From the NCBI GenBank assembly GCA_035221665.1, contig CM069157.1, positions 27,528,001 through 27,592,000 of the forward strand: a stretch of 64,000 nt of DNA, given 5' to 3'. Positions 62,871-64,000 of this stretch are shown one piece after another. The translations under genes were made by a program, and so were the position numbers. Positions within the stretch are counted from its first letter, which is position 1. Every line of letters starts with the position of its first letter. Source of the stretch: Okamejei kenojei. Taxonomy: Eukaryota. The notes beneath the pieces are model-generated. The model ran no database searches. It saw nothing but the letters and a program-made list of their open reading frames with translations, and had not been told where the DNA came from.

Positions 62871-64000
62871 TATATGAATGTATGAATTGAGCTGCCTACT
62901 CACTAACAAAGAGGGACAGGATTGCAAATCTGAGTGGGAAGAGGGATATTGAGACAGGAAGGAGAGGTGTGGAAGGGTCAGGCTGCATCTGAACTAAAAA
63001 TGGACAATTGACACAAACATAAGCTCAAGGGAAGGACTTGAAACCAGCAGCATGGAGATGGAAACTGATGCAAATAACAAAATTCAAAAGAGAAAGGAAA
63101 TTGGAGATGACTGTAAAGGTCAAACCAAGGTACAGAATAAACACAACAGATCAGATCTCAGATATGGATACACAGATATATGTAAGGTGATATGTAAAAA
63201 TAAAGCAATAGGATCGATCAGAATTAAATTCCCTGAACGGCGATGTGCTCCGCATTCAAAACAAAATGGGAGATTTGTGGCATTATTTCATCAGCATAAG
63301 ACCAGGTGAAATTTTGAAGGAAGTGATAGTGCAGAAACTGGATACGGCCCATTTAAACCGCACTTAACGGTTGTGTGTCACCACAAAAAAGGTTGCAAAA
63401 TGATGTCACAAAAATAAAGTTTTTTTTCCCCTCCAGCACAGGAAGACAGCTTGCGCAAGCTCTCCCGAAATGGCCTGGGTTCGAAGAGAGCTGTTCTGGC
63501 CACCTGAGCCTGAGGTCATGCAAAGCCAGCAGTGTTGGCAAACCTCAGTGCCCACCGTGCCACCTTACCTTGCCGAGATTCTTTGGGTAGATTAGGTGAC
63601 CAGGAAGTTGAAAGTTGCCATGACCTTGACCGCATCAGGGACCCTGGGACTATTTTTGATCAGACTCTCCTGGCTTTACCCTGCACTAAGCGTTGTGCCC
63701 TTATCATGTATCTGTACACTGTGAATGGCTTGACTGTAATCATGTATTGTCTTTCCGCTCTCTGCTTTGCATGCAACCAAAACCTTTCACCACACCTCGG
63801 TACACGTGACAAGAAACTGAAACTGCAACCTCAGCAGACAGCAGATAGATAGATTCTTGATTAGTATGGGTATTAGGGGTTATGGGGAGAAGACAGGAGA
63901 GATATATCAGCCCTGATTGAATGGCGGAGTTGACTTGATGGGCCGAATAACAGAATTGTGCTCCTATCACTTATGAGGTGCCTGGAAGCACAGCAAAAGA

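Overview
Eukaryotic, transposon-saturated, apparently non-genic (intronic or intergenic) DNA. The repeat content (HE1/V-SINE-type tRNA SINEs, CR1 3' ends, Penelope pLTRs) points to a cartilaginous fish, probably a skate or ray; this is an inference. No host protein-coding gene is recognisable. Main contents: (i) two full-length, divergent DIRS1-type tyrosine-recombinase (YR) retrotransposons (27199-31923, 42939-47790) with ITRs, internal complementary region and gag / RT-RNaseH-methyltransferase / YR ORFs; (ii) two Tc1 elements; (iii) many Penelope fragments with minimal hammerhead-like motifs; (iv) a Vingi/Ingi-like LINE fragment and a 141-bp partner SINE whose 5' end folds as an HDV-like ribozyme; (v) six copies of an AAGGGCCTGTCCCACTT-ended MITE that seems to make no TSD; (vi) a decayed ~31-bp satellite underlying ~27-40 kb. 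The most striking observation is in both DIRS elements: the RT start (ccATGGAG) is followed directly by a splice donor, and a CAG acceptor at the end of pol would join Met-Glu in frame to the recombinase. This suggests a splicing switch between RT and YR from one start codon. All coordinates were read by eye; ends of decayed repeats are approximate.
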